A DNA stretch of 64,000 bases from an uncultured Clostridia bacterium (GCA_947384195.1 CANDGE010000001.1:35398-99397); one strand, 5' to 3'; positions 19,778-30,389 are shown, counted from the stretch's first letter. The notes: generated from the letters alone by a model not told the origin. Numbers and translations are program-made.

Positions 19778-21544
19778 ATGGCAACGCTTTACAGAAAGTA
19801 CAGATCGCAAAGGTTTGAGGACGTTATCGGGCAAGATCCGATAATAACGACGCTCACCAATCAGATCAAGCTCGACAGGATAGGTCACGCGTATTTGTTC
19901 ACGGGCAGTCGCGGCGTGGGTAAAACGTCGTGCGCGCGCATATTCGCGCGGGCAGTCAACTGCTTGTACCCCGTAAACGGAAGTCCGTGCGGCGAGTGCG
20001 AGGTCTGTAAAAAGCTTGCCGCCGATAACGTCGATATAATAGAGATGGACGCGGCGTCCAACAACGGTGTGGACGATGCGCGCGATATCCGCGAAAAGGT
20101 CAAGTATTTGCCCGTGGCGTGCCGCTATAAGGTGTATATAATCGACGAAGTTCACATGCTTACGGGCGGGGCGTTCAACGCGCTTTTAAAGACCATAGAG
20201 GAGCCGCCCGAGCACGTTATATTCATACTTGCGACGACCGAGCCGCAAAAACTGCCGCAAACTATCCTTTCGCGTTGCATACGCTTTGACTTTAAACTCG
20301 TGCCCGCCGATATACTCGCCAAGCACGTGGCGAGTATATACGACAGGGAAGGTATAAAATACACGCCCGACGCGGTGGCGGAGATAGCGCGTTTGGGCGA
20401 AGGCAGTGTGCGCGACGCGCTGTCTGTCGCCGACACGATAGCGAGCGCCGCCGACACGATAACCGCCGACGTTGTGCTTGCGCTTACGGGCGCGGGCGAT
20501 TCGGGCGCGATAGCCGAGCTTTTCGACTGCACGATCGGGCGCGATCTCAAAGGCGCGCTGTCGTGCATAGACAGGTTTGCCAAAAGCGGCAAGTCGATGA
20601 GTGCGGTAAGCCGTCAGCTTATAGACCACACGCGAAACGTGCTCGTCGCCAAATCGGTCGGCAAGGCAAACGCCGCGTCGCTCGTCAATGCCGACAAAGC
20701 GACGCTCGACCGCATAATCGCCGCCGCGGAAAAATGTGAAATGCGCGATATTTCCGACATGCTCGTCGAGCTCGGCGCGGCGGAGAGCGGGCTCAAATAC
20801 TCGGTCAACCCGCGCGTGTTTTTGGAAACCGCGCTCGTAAAGCTCATTTACGGCGCGACGGCAGTCGACGATTTGGCAAAACGAATATCCGCACTCGAAA
20901 GCAACTCCGCACGCACTGCGGAGCAAAAAAAAAATAATGTGATATCACCGGAGCGCGCGAGCGTCGAGCCCGTGCGCACGGGCGTGTCCGTTGCCGCAAT
21001 GCCGTCGCGCAGGACGGCATCGCCCGAGCCCGAATACGCGCCCGAGCCGACGCCCGACGAGTTTGCGCCGCCTTTCGAGCCGTACGTCGCGCCCGAACCC
21101 GAGCCGACGTACGAACATGCGAGCGCAGGCGGTGTTGCCGCGCCGTCATACGATACGAGCATGATATCGCCCGACCGCGCCGACGAGGGCGAGTTTTGGC
21201 ATTTGCAGGCGGTCGCGCAAGCGGGGTTGGAGTTGCTCGGCAATATTTCTCGGATATTGCGCAAAAATCCGTCGCCGACGTCGACGCGCGTTCGGCAGTT
21301 GTTGGCGCGCGGCGTGGCGGTAAAGGAGCGCGACGAGTTTATCGGGTTCGTGACGCCCGACGATACGTTTTTATCGATGGGCGAGCCTGCGGTGTTGCAG
21401 GCGTTGAACGGCGTGCTCGATACGCTCGGCATAAAAAAGCGGGCGCGTGTGGAGCGCACCGACGACGATCTTTACGAGGAAGATCTGATACGCGCGGCTC
21501 GGCTGTTCGGTAAGGACTGCGTCGTGCCCAAGGCGTCGGCATAG
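19778..21544 (+). CDS. dnaX: DNA polymerase III subunit gamma/tau
   Basis: LYRKYRSQRF, GSRGVGKTS, C..C..C zinc module, IIDEVHML, SRC motif; A10 run at 20925-20934. Confidence 0.95.
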   Translation: MATLYRKYRSQRFEDVIGQDPIITTLTNQIKLDRIGHAYLFTGSRGVGKTSCARIFARAVNCLYPVNGSPCGECEVCKKLAADNVDIIEMDAASNNGVDDARDIREKVKYLPVACRYKVYIIDEVHMLTGGAFNALLKTIEEPPEHVIFILATTEPQKLPQTILSRCIRFDFKLVPADILAKHVASIYDREGIKYTPDAVAEIARLGEGSVRDALSVADTIASAADTITADVVLALTGAGDSGAIAELFDCTIGRDLKGALSCIDRFAKSGKSMSAVSRQLIDHTRNVLVAKSVGKANAASLVNADKATLDRIIAAAEKCEMRDISDMLVELGAAESGLKYSVNPRVFLETALVKLIYGATAVDDLAKRISALESNSARTAEQKKNNVISPERASVEPVRTGVSVAAMPSRRTASPEPEYAPEPTPDEFAPPFEPYVAPEPEPTYEHASAGGVAAPSYDTSMISPDRADEGEFWHLQAVAQAGLELLGNISRILRKNPSPTSTRVRQLLARGVAVKERDEFIGFVTPDDTFLSMGEPAVLQALNGVLDTLGIKKRARVERTDDDLYEEDLIRAARLFGKDCVVPKASA

Positions 21545-21551
21545 GAGCATT

Positions 21552-23366
21552 ATGAAATACGGTATTGTCAAGTGTGCGGCGGTAACGCCCGAGATCAAAG
21601 TTTGCGATACGGCGTACAACGCGAAAGCCGTTATTGCCAAGATATCCGAGCTTAACTCGCTCGGCGCGGAAATAGTCGTGTTTCCCGAGCTGTGCGTTAC
21701 GGGTTACACGGCGATGGACATGTTTTTCACGCGCGAGCTTTTGGACGGCGCGATCGATGCGGTAAAGCGCATAGCGCGCGCCGTGCCCCCAAACATGCTG
21801 GTGTTCGTAGGCGCGCCGATAGCGCTCGACGGCAGGCTTTATAATTGCGCGATCGGCATGTCGGCGGGGCGAGTGCTCGGGATAGTGCCCAAGACAGAGC
21901 TTCCCGATTACGGCGAGTTTTACGAAACGCGGTACTTTACGCCCGCATTCGACGGCGTGGAAACTTGCGCGAGCTTGGACGCGCCTATCGGCAACGTTTT
22001 GTTCGAGTGCGCGGGCACGGGGCTTGTCGTAGGTTGCGAGATATGCGAGGACATGTGGGCGGACGCGCCGCCGAGCGTGGATCTTGTCAGAGCGGGCGCG
22101 ACGGTGATAGTCAATCTTTCGGCGTCCGACGAAGTGGTGGGCAAGTCCGACTACCGCAGGTTGTTGGTCGCGGGCGCGTCGGGCAGACTGCACTGCGGAT
22201 ATATCTACGCGGATGCGGGCGAAGGCGAATCGACCACCGACGTGGTGTTTTCGGGGCATAACATGATAGCCGAAAACGGCGGCGTCGTTGCCGAAAGCGC
22301 GCCGTTCGGCAACGGGCTCGCGATAGCCGATATAGACGTGCAAAAGCTGGACGTCGAGCGGCGCAAGCTCGGGCTCAAACAGCCGAGCAAAAAGTATACC
22401 GTAGTCGAATTCGGGCTCGGCAACGGCATTTCGCTGTCGCGCGCGCCCGAGCGTTATCCGTTCGTGCCGAGCGGCGACGACGGCGCGCAACGCGCGGAGC
22501 TTATTCTCAAAATGCAGTCCAACGCGCTTGCTACGCGGTTTAACGCCGTAAAAAGCAAGACGGCGGTCATAGGCGTTTCGGGTGGGCTGGATTCTGCGCT
22601 CGCGTTGTTGGTCGCTTGCCGCGCGGTAGACAAAAAAAAGATTGTCGCGGTCACTATGCCGTGCTTCGGGACTTCGGATAAGACCAAGAACAATGCGCGC
22701 GCGCTGTGCGACGCGCTCGGCGTCAAGCTCGATACCGTGGATATAAAGCGCACGGTAGAAAGCCATTTGTCGGATATCGGTCACTCCGATACCGACGTCA
22801 CATACGAGAACGCGCAGGCTCGTACGCGGACCATGACGCTGTTCGATATAGCCAACAAGACGGGCGGATTGGTGGTCGGCACGGGCGATCTCAGCGAGCT
22901 CGCATTGGGCTGGGCGACGTATAACGGCGATCATATGTCGTCGTACGGAGTTAATGCGGGCGTGCCCAAAACGCTCGTAAAATATCTCGTGCGGTACGAG
23001 GGCGAACGGTTGGGCGGCGCGGCACGGCAAGCCGTCGACGGTATTTTGAATACCGATATTTCGCCCGAGCTGTTGCCGCCCGAAAAAGGCAAGATAGCCC
23101 AAAAGACCGAGAGCATACTCGGCAAGTACGATCTGTTGGACTTTATTATTTATTATTATTGCAGGTTCGGGTTCGAGCGCGACAAGATAGCGTTTTTACT
23201 GCGCGCGGCGTTCGCCGACATGCCGCAATCCGAGCTCGATAAAGCGCTCGATACGTTTTATAAAAGGTTTTTCGCGGCGCAGTTCAAGCGGTCGTGCTTG
23301 CCCGACGGCGTTAAGATAGGGTCTGTGTCGTTTTCGCCGCGTTCGGATTGGCGTATGCCGAGCTGA
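21552..23366 (+). CDS. nadE: Glutamine-dependent NAD+ synthetase
   Basis: Nitrilase domain FPEL/PK/EICED; SGGLDS, YENAQAR, GTGDLSE, FKRSCLPDG. Confidence 0.93.
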   Translation: MKYGIVKCAAVTPEIKVCDTAYNAKAVIAKISELNSLGAEIVVFPELCVTGYTAMDMFFTRELLDGAIDAVKRIARAVPPNMLVFVGAPIALDGRLYNCAIGMSAGRVLGIVPKTELPDYGEFYETRYFTPAFDGVETCASLDAPIGNVLFECAGTGLVVGCEICEDMWADAPPSVDLVRAGATVIVNLSASDEVVGKSDYRRLLVAGASGRLHCGYIYADAGEGESTTDVVFSGHNMIAENGGVVAESAPFGNGLAIADIDVQKLDVERRKLGLKQPSKKYTVVEFGLGNGISLSRAPERYPFVPSGDDGAQRAELILKMQSNALATRFNAVKSKTAVIGVSGGLDSALALLVACRAVDKKKIVAVTMPCFGTSDKTKNNARALCDALGVKLDTVDIKRTVESHLSDIGHSDTDVTYENAQARTRTMTLFDIANKTGGLVVGTGDLSELALGWATYNGDHMSSYGVNAGVPKTLVKYLVRYEGERLGGAARQAVDGILNTDISPELLPPEKGKIAQKTESILGKYDLLDFIIYYYCRFGFERDKIAFLLRAAFADMPQSELDKALDTFYKRFFAAQFKRSCLPDGVKIGSVSFSPRSDWRMPS

Positions 23367-23439
23367 CCGCAATAAAGAATGCTTGCGCGGCGATCTTTCT
23401 GCGAAATCTCGTCACGCCGTATTCGTTATTGCGGTTTGT

Positions 23440-23590
23440 TGCGAAGCCGTCACAGGCTATTCCGAACAAATGTAGCATATTACACTGCGTTTTCTTTTTG
23501 TCATTCTTAACAAGCGAAGCGCAGTGAATGATCTCATCTTTATTAAATAAGGTCGGGATCCTTCGTTACGTTAAGAATGACAAAAGAAAG
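23440..23590. repeat. Dispersed REP-like repeat, copy 2 (full hairpin)
   Basis: 16-bp perfect inverted repeat TTTTGTCATTCTTAAC (23496-23511) / GTTAAGAATGACAAAA (23570-23585) enclosing GCGAAGC..GATCTC..GGATCCTTCG. Confidence 0.8.
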
Positions 23591-23673
23591 TAATATGCGT
23601 ATTCGGCTTTTTCGGTTGACAAAAAGCGCCCGTGATAGCCTGCGACTGTCGCGCAGGACAAAAGGTGTTGAGA

Positions 23674-24600
23674 TCAATTGCCGAACAAGCTCGTGGAGTA
23701 GTAACGGTCTGCGGAATCGGGCATTAGCGCGACTATCGTTTTGCCTTTGTTTTCGGTGCGGGTCGCGAGCGTCGTTGCGGCGTGCAACGCCGCGCCCGAC
23801 GAAATGCCTAAGAGCACGCCGTCTGTCTTGCCGAGCGTTTTTGCCGCCGTCACGGCATCGTCGTCTGCGACCGTTATTACTTCGTCGTACACGCTCGTAT
23901 CGAGAGTTTGCGGTATAAAACCCGCGCCGATGCCTTGTATGCCGTGCGCCCCCGCTTTGCCTTCGGACAGTACGGGGGAGCTTGACGGCTCGACTGCCAC
24001 TATTCGCACGTCGGGCTTTTTTTCTTTGAGAAATTTGCCGACTCCGCTTATCGTGCCGCCCGTTCCGACCCCCGCGACGAATATATCGATATTTCCGTCG
24101 GTGTCGCGCCAAATTTCGGGCGCGGTGGCGGAGTAGTGCGCTTGCGGATTGGCGGAGTTGACAAACTGTCCCGCGACGATACCGCCGAGCTCTGCCGCGA
24201 GCGCATCGGCTTTTTGTATGGCGCCGCTCATGCCGAGCTTGCCGTCGGTAAGCACTACCTGCGCGCCGTACGCTTTTATAAGGTTTATGCGTTCCGCGCT
24301 CATGCTGTCGGGCATGGTGACTATCAGCTTGTAGCCCATTGCCGCCGCGACAGCCGCAAGCCCGATGCCGGTATTGCCGCTTGTCGGCTCTATTATCGTA
24401 CCGCCTTTTTTAAGTACGCCGCGTTTTTCCGCGTCGGTCACTACGGACAGCGCGACGCGGTCCTTGACCGAGCCCGCGGGATTGAGATATTCGAGTTTCA
24501 ACAACAGCGCGGCGGTCAAGCCGTTGGACGTTTCGTAATTTTTCGGGCGGAACAGCGGGGTATTGCCTATCAGCTCCGATACGGAATCATAAATCTTCAT
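23674..24600 (-). CDS. cysK: Cysteine synthase A
   Basis: KLEYLNPAGSVKDR PLP lysine, EPTSGNTG, GVGTGGT, HGIQGIG. Confidence 0.95.
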   Translation of the reverse strand: MKIYDSVSELIGNTPLFRPKNYETSNGLTAALLLKLEYLNPAGSVKDRVALSVVTDAEKRGVLKKGGTIIEPTSGNTGIGLAAVAAAMGYKLIVTMPDSMSAERINLIKAYGAQVVLTDGKLGMSGAIQKADALAAELGGIVAGQFVNSANPQAHYSATAPEIWRDTDGNIDIFVAGVGTGGTISGVGKFLKEKKPDVRIVAVEPSSSPVLSEGKAGAHGIQGIGAGFIPQTLDTSVYDEVITVADDDAVTAAKTLGKTDGVLLGISSGAALHAATTLATRTENKGKTIVALMPDSADRYYSTSLFGN

Positions 24601-24645
24601 ACTCGCTCCGTGGTTGAATTTTGTATTTGCGCATATAATAAGTTT

Positions 24646-24891
24646 ATGCGCAGGATCGATATTTCGGTCGTCGAGCTTGTCGACGAAAACGGCGAAGTCA
24701 CTCCGATGTACGTGAAAAAAGACGGGAAGTATTATTGTGTCGATAAGGTGCTCGGCATTACGCGCCATGCGCCCGACGTTGCGTGCGTGTCGCCCATGCG
24801 CTACGATTGCGTTATAGAAGGCATTCGCAAGACGATCTATAAAGATGCGCACCCGTCGAATAAATGGTTTTCGGTCGTGGCGGATAGATAA
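24646..24891 (+). CDS. Small hypothetical protein (81 aa)
   Basis: MRRIDISVV..GEVTP..DGKYYCVDKVL..MRYDC..KWF; TATAAT 6 nt before ATG. Confidence 0.65.
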   Translation: MRRIDISVVELVDENGEVTPMYVKKDGKYYCVDKVLGITRHAPDVACVSPMRYDCVIEGIRKTIYKDAHPSNKWFSVVADR

Positions 24892-24902
24892 CGATCGTCG
24901 AT

Positions 24903-26684
24903 TTATTGCGCTTCTTTTGCGAACTGCGCTTTATACAGCTCCGCGTACGCGCCGCCTTTTTCGAGAAGCTCCTTATGCGTGCCGCGCTCTATTATTTTGC
25001 CTGCGTCCATGACGAGTATAATGTCGGCGTTGACGATGGTAGACAGGCGGTGCGCGACGACGAAGCCCGTTTTCTTTTTGCCGTCGGCGGGACGGAGCAG
25101 TTTGTCGAACGCATCCTGAACTTTTCTTTCCGTGCGCGTATCTATGTTGCTGGTCGCTTCGTCGAGTATGAGCATGGGCGGATCGACGAGCATTATGCGC
25201 GCTATGTTTATAAGCTGTTTTTGCCCCTGCGAAATGCCGTCGCCGTCGTCTATGACCGTGTCGTAGCCGTTGGGCAGGCGGCGGATAAACCCGTCTATAT
25301 GCGCGGCTTTGGCGGCGGCAACGATCTGTTCGTCGGTCGCGTCGGGCTTGCCGTAAGCGATATTGTCGCGCACCGTGCCTTTAAATACCCAGCTGTCCTG
25401 CAACACCATGCCGAAATTTTTGCGCACGCTGCTGCGGCTGAATTCGGAAGCGTCCGTGCCGCCCAAAAGTATTTGTCCGTCGTCGGGGTCGTAGAACCGC
25501 ATAAGCAAATTTATGAGCGTGGTTTTTCCGCAGCCCGTGCGCCCGACTATCGCGACGAGCGTGCCGTTGGGCACTTTTACGTTCATGTCTTGTATGAGCG
25601 GCTTTTCGGGAACGTACGAAAAGTCGAGATCTTTTATTTCGATGGAGTTACAGTTTTCCAATCGTTTTCCGTCGTCGTCTTGCGGCGGCATGTCGGCAAG
25701 ATCGAGTATGCGCCGCGCGGCGGCGAGCGACGTTTGGAACTCTGTGATAACGCCCGTGATCTCGTTGAGCGGGCGGGCGAACTGATTGGCGTACAACAGC
25801 AATTGCGTTATGCCGCCGATCGATACGACTTTTCCCATAAAGCCGCCCGCGCCGGTTATGGCGAACACCGTGCCCATTACGGCGACCACCGCGTATACGA
25901 GCGAGTTTATAAGCCGCGTCGACGGGTTGACGAGCGACGAGTAGAACGTCGCTTTGAATCCGCACGTTTTGAGTTCGTCGTTTATAACGCCGAAGTCGCG
26001 CTCGGCGCAAGGCGAATAGCCGTAGGCGGCGATAACGGCGCGGTTGCGCACCGTTTCGTCGGTCTTGGCGTACAGTTCGCCGCGCACCCGAGTTTGTTCG
26101 GTAAAGTATTTATGCGTGCCGCGCGCGACAAAGTACGATACCAACAGCGACAGCGGGGTGAGCACCGTTACCGCGAGCGCTATCCACGGGCTTATCAGTA
26201 TCATGAATACGAGCGTGCCGATTATAGTCACTGTGCCCGTAAATATTTGCGTCGAGCCTTGGACTATGCCGTCCGCTATCTGATCGGCGTCCACCGATAT
26301 GCGAGCGGCGAGATCGCCTTGCGATCGCGCGTCTATGTCTTTGAGCGGCGCGTCGACGATCGCCGCAAAGCCGTCGCGCCGCGCGTCGCGTACGGTCAAG
26401 TGCGCCGCGCGTTGCGCGCAAAGATTCATAAGCCACTGAAACAGCATTACCGCCGCTATAAGCCCCGCGAGCACGCACAGATATACGGCGAGCTTGCCGA
26501 AGTCGACGCTGTACTCGACTATGCAATCGACTGCGTTGCCGATGATGACGGGCGTAAACAGCATTGCGGCGGCGGATATAACCGCGCACAAAAAAGCAAA
26601 TGCCAAAAGTCCCGCGTGCGGTCTGAGATATTTCATAAGACGGCCGAGCGTCGCCGTATTCATTTTGTTTTTTGATTTTGCCAT
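24903..26684 (-). CDS. ABC exporter ATP-binding/permease (heterodimer subunit B)
   Basis: TM domain; GRTGCGKTT, ISQGQKQ, LILDEATS, AHRLST. Confidence 0.92.
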   Translation of the reverse strand: MAKSKNKMNTATLGRLMKYLRPHAGLLAFAFLCAVISAAAMLFTPVIIGNAVDCIVEYSVDFGKLAVYLCVLAGLIAAVMLFQWLMNLCAQRAAHLTVRDARRDGFAAIVDAPLKDIDARSQGDLAARISVDADQIADGIVQGSTQIFTGTVTIIGTLVFMILISPWIALAVTVLTPLSLLVSYFVARGTHKYFTEQTRVRGELYAKTDETVRNRAVIAAYGYSPCAERDFGVINDELKTCGFKATFYSSLVNPSTRLINSLVYAVVAVMGTVFAITGAGGFMGKVVSIGGITQLLLYANQFARPLNEITGVITEFQTSLAAARRILDLADMPPQDDDGKRLENCNSIEIKDLDFSYVPEKPLIQDMNVKVPNGTLVAIVGRTGCGKTTLINLLMRFYDPDDGQILLGGTDASEFSRSSVRKNFGMVLQDSWVFKGTVRDNIAYGKPDATDEQIVAAAKAAHIDGFIRRLPNGYDTVIDDGDGISQGQKQLINIARIMLVDPPMLILDEATSNIDTRTERKVQDAFDKLLRPADGKKKTGFVVAHRLSTIVNADIILVMDAGKIIERGTHKELLEKGGAYAELYKAQFAKEAQ

Positions 26685-26685
26685 A

Positions 26686-28377
26686 TCAATCACCCGATTG
26701 CGAAGCGCAAAACTCCGCGTACAGCGGGCACGACGCTTTGAGCTCGTCGTGCGTTCCGCGCCCTACTACCGCGCCGCCGTCGAGCACTATTATTTCGTCG
26801 CAACCCGAAACCGCGCTTATGCGTTGCGACACGAATATTTTCGCGCCCGATACCTGTTTCATCGCATCGATAAAACTGCGTTCGGTCTTGTAGTCGAGCG
26901 CCGAAGTCGCGTCGTCGAATAAGTATAAAACATTGTCGCGGCAAAGCGAACGCGCTATCGATACGCGCTGACGCTGTCCGCCCGAAAGGTTTTTTCCGCC
27001 GCCCGCTATGTCGCCGTCCAGCCCGAGCGACGCGAGCAGTTCGGACGCTTGGGCGAGCTCCAAAGCGCGTTCGAGCGTTTCGTCGGGCGCGTTCTCGTCG
27101 GCTATCAAAAGATTGCTTTTGAGCGTGCCGCGCAACACCGCCGCGCGTTGCGGCACGTACCCTATGTTGCGGCGCATAGAGTCGATATCGTAGTCGGCGA
27201 CGTCCCTGCCGCAAAACCGTATGCTCCCGACCGCGGGCGTGTAAAACTTTTCGGCAAGGCTGACGATAGTGGATTTGCCGCTGCCCGTGCCGCCGATTAT
27301 GCCGAGCGTTTTGTCCTTTTCGAGCGTGAACGACACGTCGCGCACGTCGTAATCGCCGTCGTACGCAAACGATACGTTATCAAATCGCAATACCGTTTTA
27401 TCGTCGGCGAGCTCGGTTTCCGTACCGTTGTCGGGCAGGGGAGCGTCGAGTATCTCGTTGACGCGCGCCGCACACGCCGCCGAGCGCGTGAAAACCGAAA
27501 ACACGTTGCCTATGTTTACTATGACGAAAAACGCCTGATTGAGATAGTTTATGAGCGCGATGGTTTCGCCCTGCGTCAGATCGCCTATGTTTACCTTGCC
27601 GCCGCCGAACCACAGCACCGCTATTATCGCGAGATTGACTACCGCGAATGTGAGCGGGGTAAGGAGCGCCGATATGCGCGCCGCGCCGATGTTTGTCTTT
27701 GCGGTCACGTCCGCCGACCCGTCGAACCGCGCTTTGGTCGAGCTCTGCGTGGAAAAGGCGCGAATGACGCGCGCGCCCGTAATGCTCTCCGCGGTTGCTC
27801 GCGACATTTCGTCGAGATTTTTCTGCGCTTTTTTTATTCGCGGCATCGTCAGGCGCAGTACGCACGCGATGGTCGCCGACAGAACGACGGTCATCGCGAA
27901 AAACATGAGCGACAGCACGGGGTCGATTATCATGCTCATAACGAACGCGCCGACTACCACGAACGGCATACGCAATACGAGCCGCAAAAACATGTTAAGC
28001 GCGTTTTGACAGTTGAGCACGTCGCCCGTCACGCGCGTCACGAGCGACGCGCCGCCTATCTTGTCGCAGTCGGACACCGCAAGCCCGTTTATGTGCTTGA
28101 ACGTAGCGTTGCGTATGCGCGTGCCGTAGCCCAACGCTACCTTGGACGCGAGATATTGCCCCGTGACCGAGATCAAAAACCCGAGCACTGCGAGCACGCC
28201 TATCACCGAACAGTACTTGATCACATACGTTTTATCTCCGTCGGCTATCCCGACGTCGATGACGCTCGCGACTATCATCGGCACGGCAAGCTCGGCTATC
28301 GCCTCGATGAGCTTGCATATCGGCGCGGCGATCGTCGCGGGTATATGACCTTTTAAAAATCGCAATAGTTTTATCAT
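26686..28377 (-). CDS. ABC exporter ATP-binding/permease (heterodimer subunit A, degenerate site)
   Basis: GGTGSGKS, LSGGQRQR, FDDATSALD, SQR switch. Confidence 0.92.
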   Translation of the reverse strand: MIKLLRFLKGHIPATIAAPICKLIEAIAELAVPMIVASVIDVGIADGDKTYVIKYCSVIGVLAVLGFLISVTGQYLASKVALGYGTRIRNATFKHINGLAVSDCDKIGGASLVTRVTGDVLNCQNALNMFLRLVLRMPFVVVGAFVMSMIIDPVLSLMFFAMTVVLSATIACVLRLTMPRIKKAQKNLDEMSRATAESITGARVIRAFSTQSSTKARFDGSADVTAKTNIGAARISALLTPLTFAVVNLAIIAVLWFGGGKVNIGDLTQGETIALINYLNQAFFVIVNIGNVFSVFTRSAACAARVNEILDAPLPDNGTETELADDKTVLRFDNVSFAYDGDYDVRDVSFTLEKDKTLGIIGGTGSGKSTIVSLAEKFYTPAVGSIRFCGRDVADYDIDSMRRNIGYVPQRAAVLRGTLKSNLLIADENAPDETLERALELAQASELLASLGLDGDIAGGGKNLSGGQRQRVSIARSLCRDNVLYLFDDATSALDYKTERSFIDAMKQVSGAKIFVSQRISAVSGCDEIIVLDGGAVVGRGTHDELKASCPLYAEFCASQSGD

Positions 28378-28559
28378 GATCAACCTTAGTATATATATGC
28401 GCAAAGACAAAGTCAAGCGTTATCGATTTGTTGCGCGACGGATAATGATGTTAGCGCCCTCGCCGCGCGGCAGGGGCGCGCACTTGTCTTTATGCGCTTG
28501 ACAACGCGCCCCGTCCTATTGTACAATATAAGCGAGTACTACATCAGAGGACGGTCGGT

Positions 28560-30389
28560 TTGGAAATCATCGCCAGTGTTTTATCGCTAATTGCCGGTAT
28601 CGGCGTGCTCATGATCGGCATGAAAATGTTGAGCGAGGGCTTGGAACGCAGTGCGGGCAAGGGTATGCGCAAGCTGTTCGGAAAGATCAGCAATAACCGT
28701 TTTGCGGGGATAGGCGTCGGCGCCGTCGCGACCGTTTTGGTCAACTCGTCGGCGGCGACGACGGTCATGGTGATAGGCTTCGTCAATGCGGGGCTCATGA
28801 CGCTTTTTCAGGCGACGTCCATCATTATGGGCGCTAACATAGGCACGACGCTCACCGGCGTTATCATAGCGCTGTCCGGCTTTAACATCAGTTCGTATTT
28901 TGCCTTACTCGCGTTTGTCGGCGTTATTTTGATGATGTTCTTTAAGAACGATACCGTAAAAAAGATAGGCTCGGCGATAGCGGGCTTGGGCTTGATGTTC
29001 GTCGGTTTGTCGCTTATGAGCGGCGCGTTCAAAAACGAAGCCATCGCCGCGGCGTTGCAAAATCTTTTTAAGGTAGTGAGCTTCCCGTTATTGTTGATAC
29101 TTATCGGCATGGTATGCACGGCGCTGTTTCAGTCGTCTGCGGCTATGACCGCGCTTGTCGTTACCATGGCGGCGCCCGTCAACGGCGGCGCTCCTATAAT
29201 CCCCATGGAGAGCGCGCTGTTCGTTATACTCGGAACAAACATCGGCACGTGCGTCACGGCTATGCTTGCGTCGCTCGGCGCGAGCACCAACGCAAAGCGC
29301 ACCGCCGTTATACATTTGCTATTCAATGTTATAGGCACGACGCTGTTTACGATAGTTATCTGGGTGTTTAAAGACGGCATGGTGTGGCTGATAGGCAAGA
29401 TGTCGAGCAACGCGCAAATGCAGGTCGCGCTGTTCCACGTGCTTTTCAATGTGATAACCACGCTCGTGCTCGTGCCGTTTATCAAACCGCTCACTATGCT
29501 CGCGTCGCGGCTCGTTCGCGAAAAACACGGAGGCAAGGACGACGCGCCGCGCATGTATTACATAGACGACAGGTTTTTACAGACCCCGCCCATAGCCGTC
29601 GCGCAGGTCAAGCGCGAAGTGGACAACATGGCGGAAATGGCAAAGACCAATCTCAAACGCGCAATGCGCGCGGTGCTTACTCGGGACTTGTCCGAGCGCG
29701 AAGTCGTCGAAAAGGACGAGGAACGCATCAATTTTATCAACAAGGGCGTGACTAAATACCTTATCAAGCTGTCGTCGCAGTCGCTTACGCGCACGGACGA
29801 AAAGTTTATAGGATCGCTTCACCACGTCGTAGGGGATATCGAGCGCATAGCCGACCATGCCAAAAACTTCACCGAGGACGCGCAAGCGATGAAGGAAAAC
29901 GACCGCGTATTCACGCAGAGCGCGCTCGACGAACTCGAAGATATGTACGACAAGGTGATGGCGATGTTCGACGAGGCCATGTACATATTCCAAAACAATG
30001 CGGTGGACAGGCTCAATTCGTTTGCGGCGCGCGAGGACGAAGTGGATATGACGCGGCGGCTTTTGGACAATAACCATATAGCGCGGCTCAATGAGGGCGG
30101 TTGCAACGTGGAAAGCGGTACGCATTTTTATTCGATCACAAGCGCGCTCGAACGCATAGCCGATCACTTGACGAATATAGCGTTTTCCATCAAGTCACCG
30201 TCGGGCTCGCAGCGCGAGGCTATGGAAAAGATCGCCGACGAACAAAAACGCCGTTCGCGCGAGCGCAAGCACAGCGGGCAAAGCCTGCAATCGACCGTTC
30301 CGACCGAAGAAACGCCCGACGCGTCGGGGCTCGACGACGAGAACGCCGATCCGTCGATCGCGACTGCGGCGGTAAAGGAGGACCGATGA
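28560..30389 (+). CDS. Na/Pi cotransporter family protein with PhoU domains
   Basis: NSSA/QSSA repeats, GANIGTT and GTNIGT, C-terminal ERIADH twice. Confidence 0.92.
   Translation: MEIIASVLSLIAGIGVLMIGMKMLSEGLERSAGKGMRKLFGKISNNRFAGIGVGAVATVLVNSSAATTVMVIGFVNAGLMTLFQATSIIMGANIGTTLTGVIIALSGFNISSYFALLAFVGVILMMFFKNDTVKKIGSAIAGLGLMFVGLSLMSGAFKNEAIAAALQNLFKVVSFPLLLILIGMVCTALFQSSAAMTALVVTMAAPVNGGAPIIPMESALFVILGTNIGTCVTAMLASLGASTNAKRTAVIHLLFNVIGTTLFTIVIWVFKDGMVWLIGKMSSNAQMQVALFHVLFNVITTLVLVPFIKPLTMLASRLVREKHGGKDDAPRMYYIDDRFLQTPPIAVAQVKREVDNMAEMAKTNLKRAMRAVLTRDLSEREVVEKDEERINFINKGVTKYLIKLSSQSLTRTDEKFIGSLHHVVGDIERIADHAKNFTEDAQAMKENDRVFTQSALDELEDMYDKVMAMFDEAMYIFQNNAVDRLNSFAAREDEVDMTRRLLDNNHIARLNEGGCNVESGTHFYSITSALERIADHLTNIAFSIKSPSGSQREAMEKIADEQKRRSRERKHSGQSLQSTVPTEETPDASGLDDENADPSIATAAVKEDR

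Noticed and set aside
23364-23436. UGA plus hairpin as selenocysteine recoding in nadE
   Set aside because: The homologous residue is not Cys, and an in-frame TAA follows two codons later
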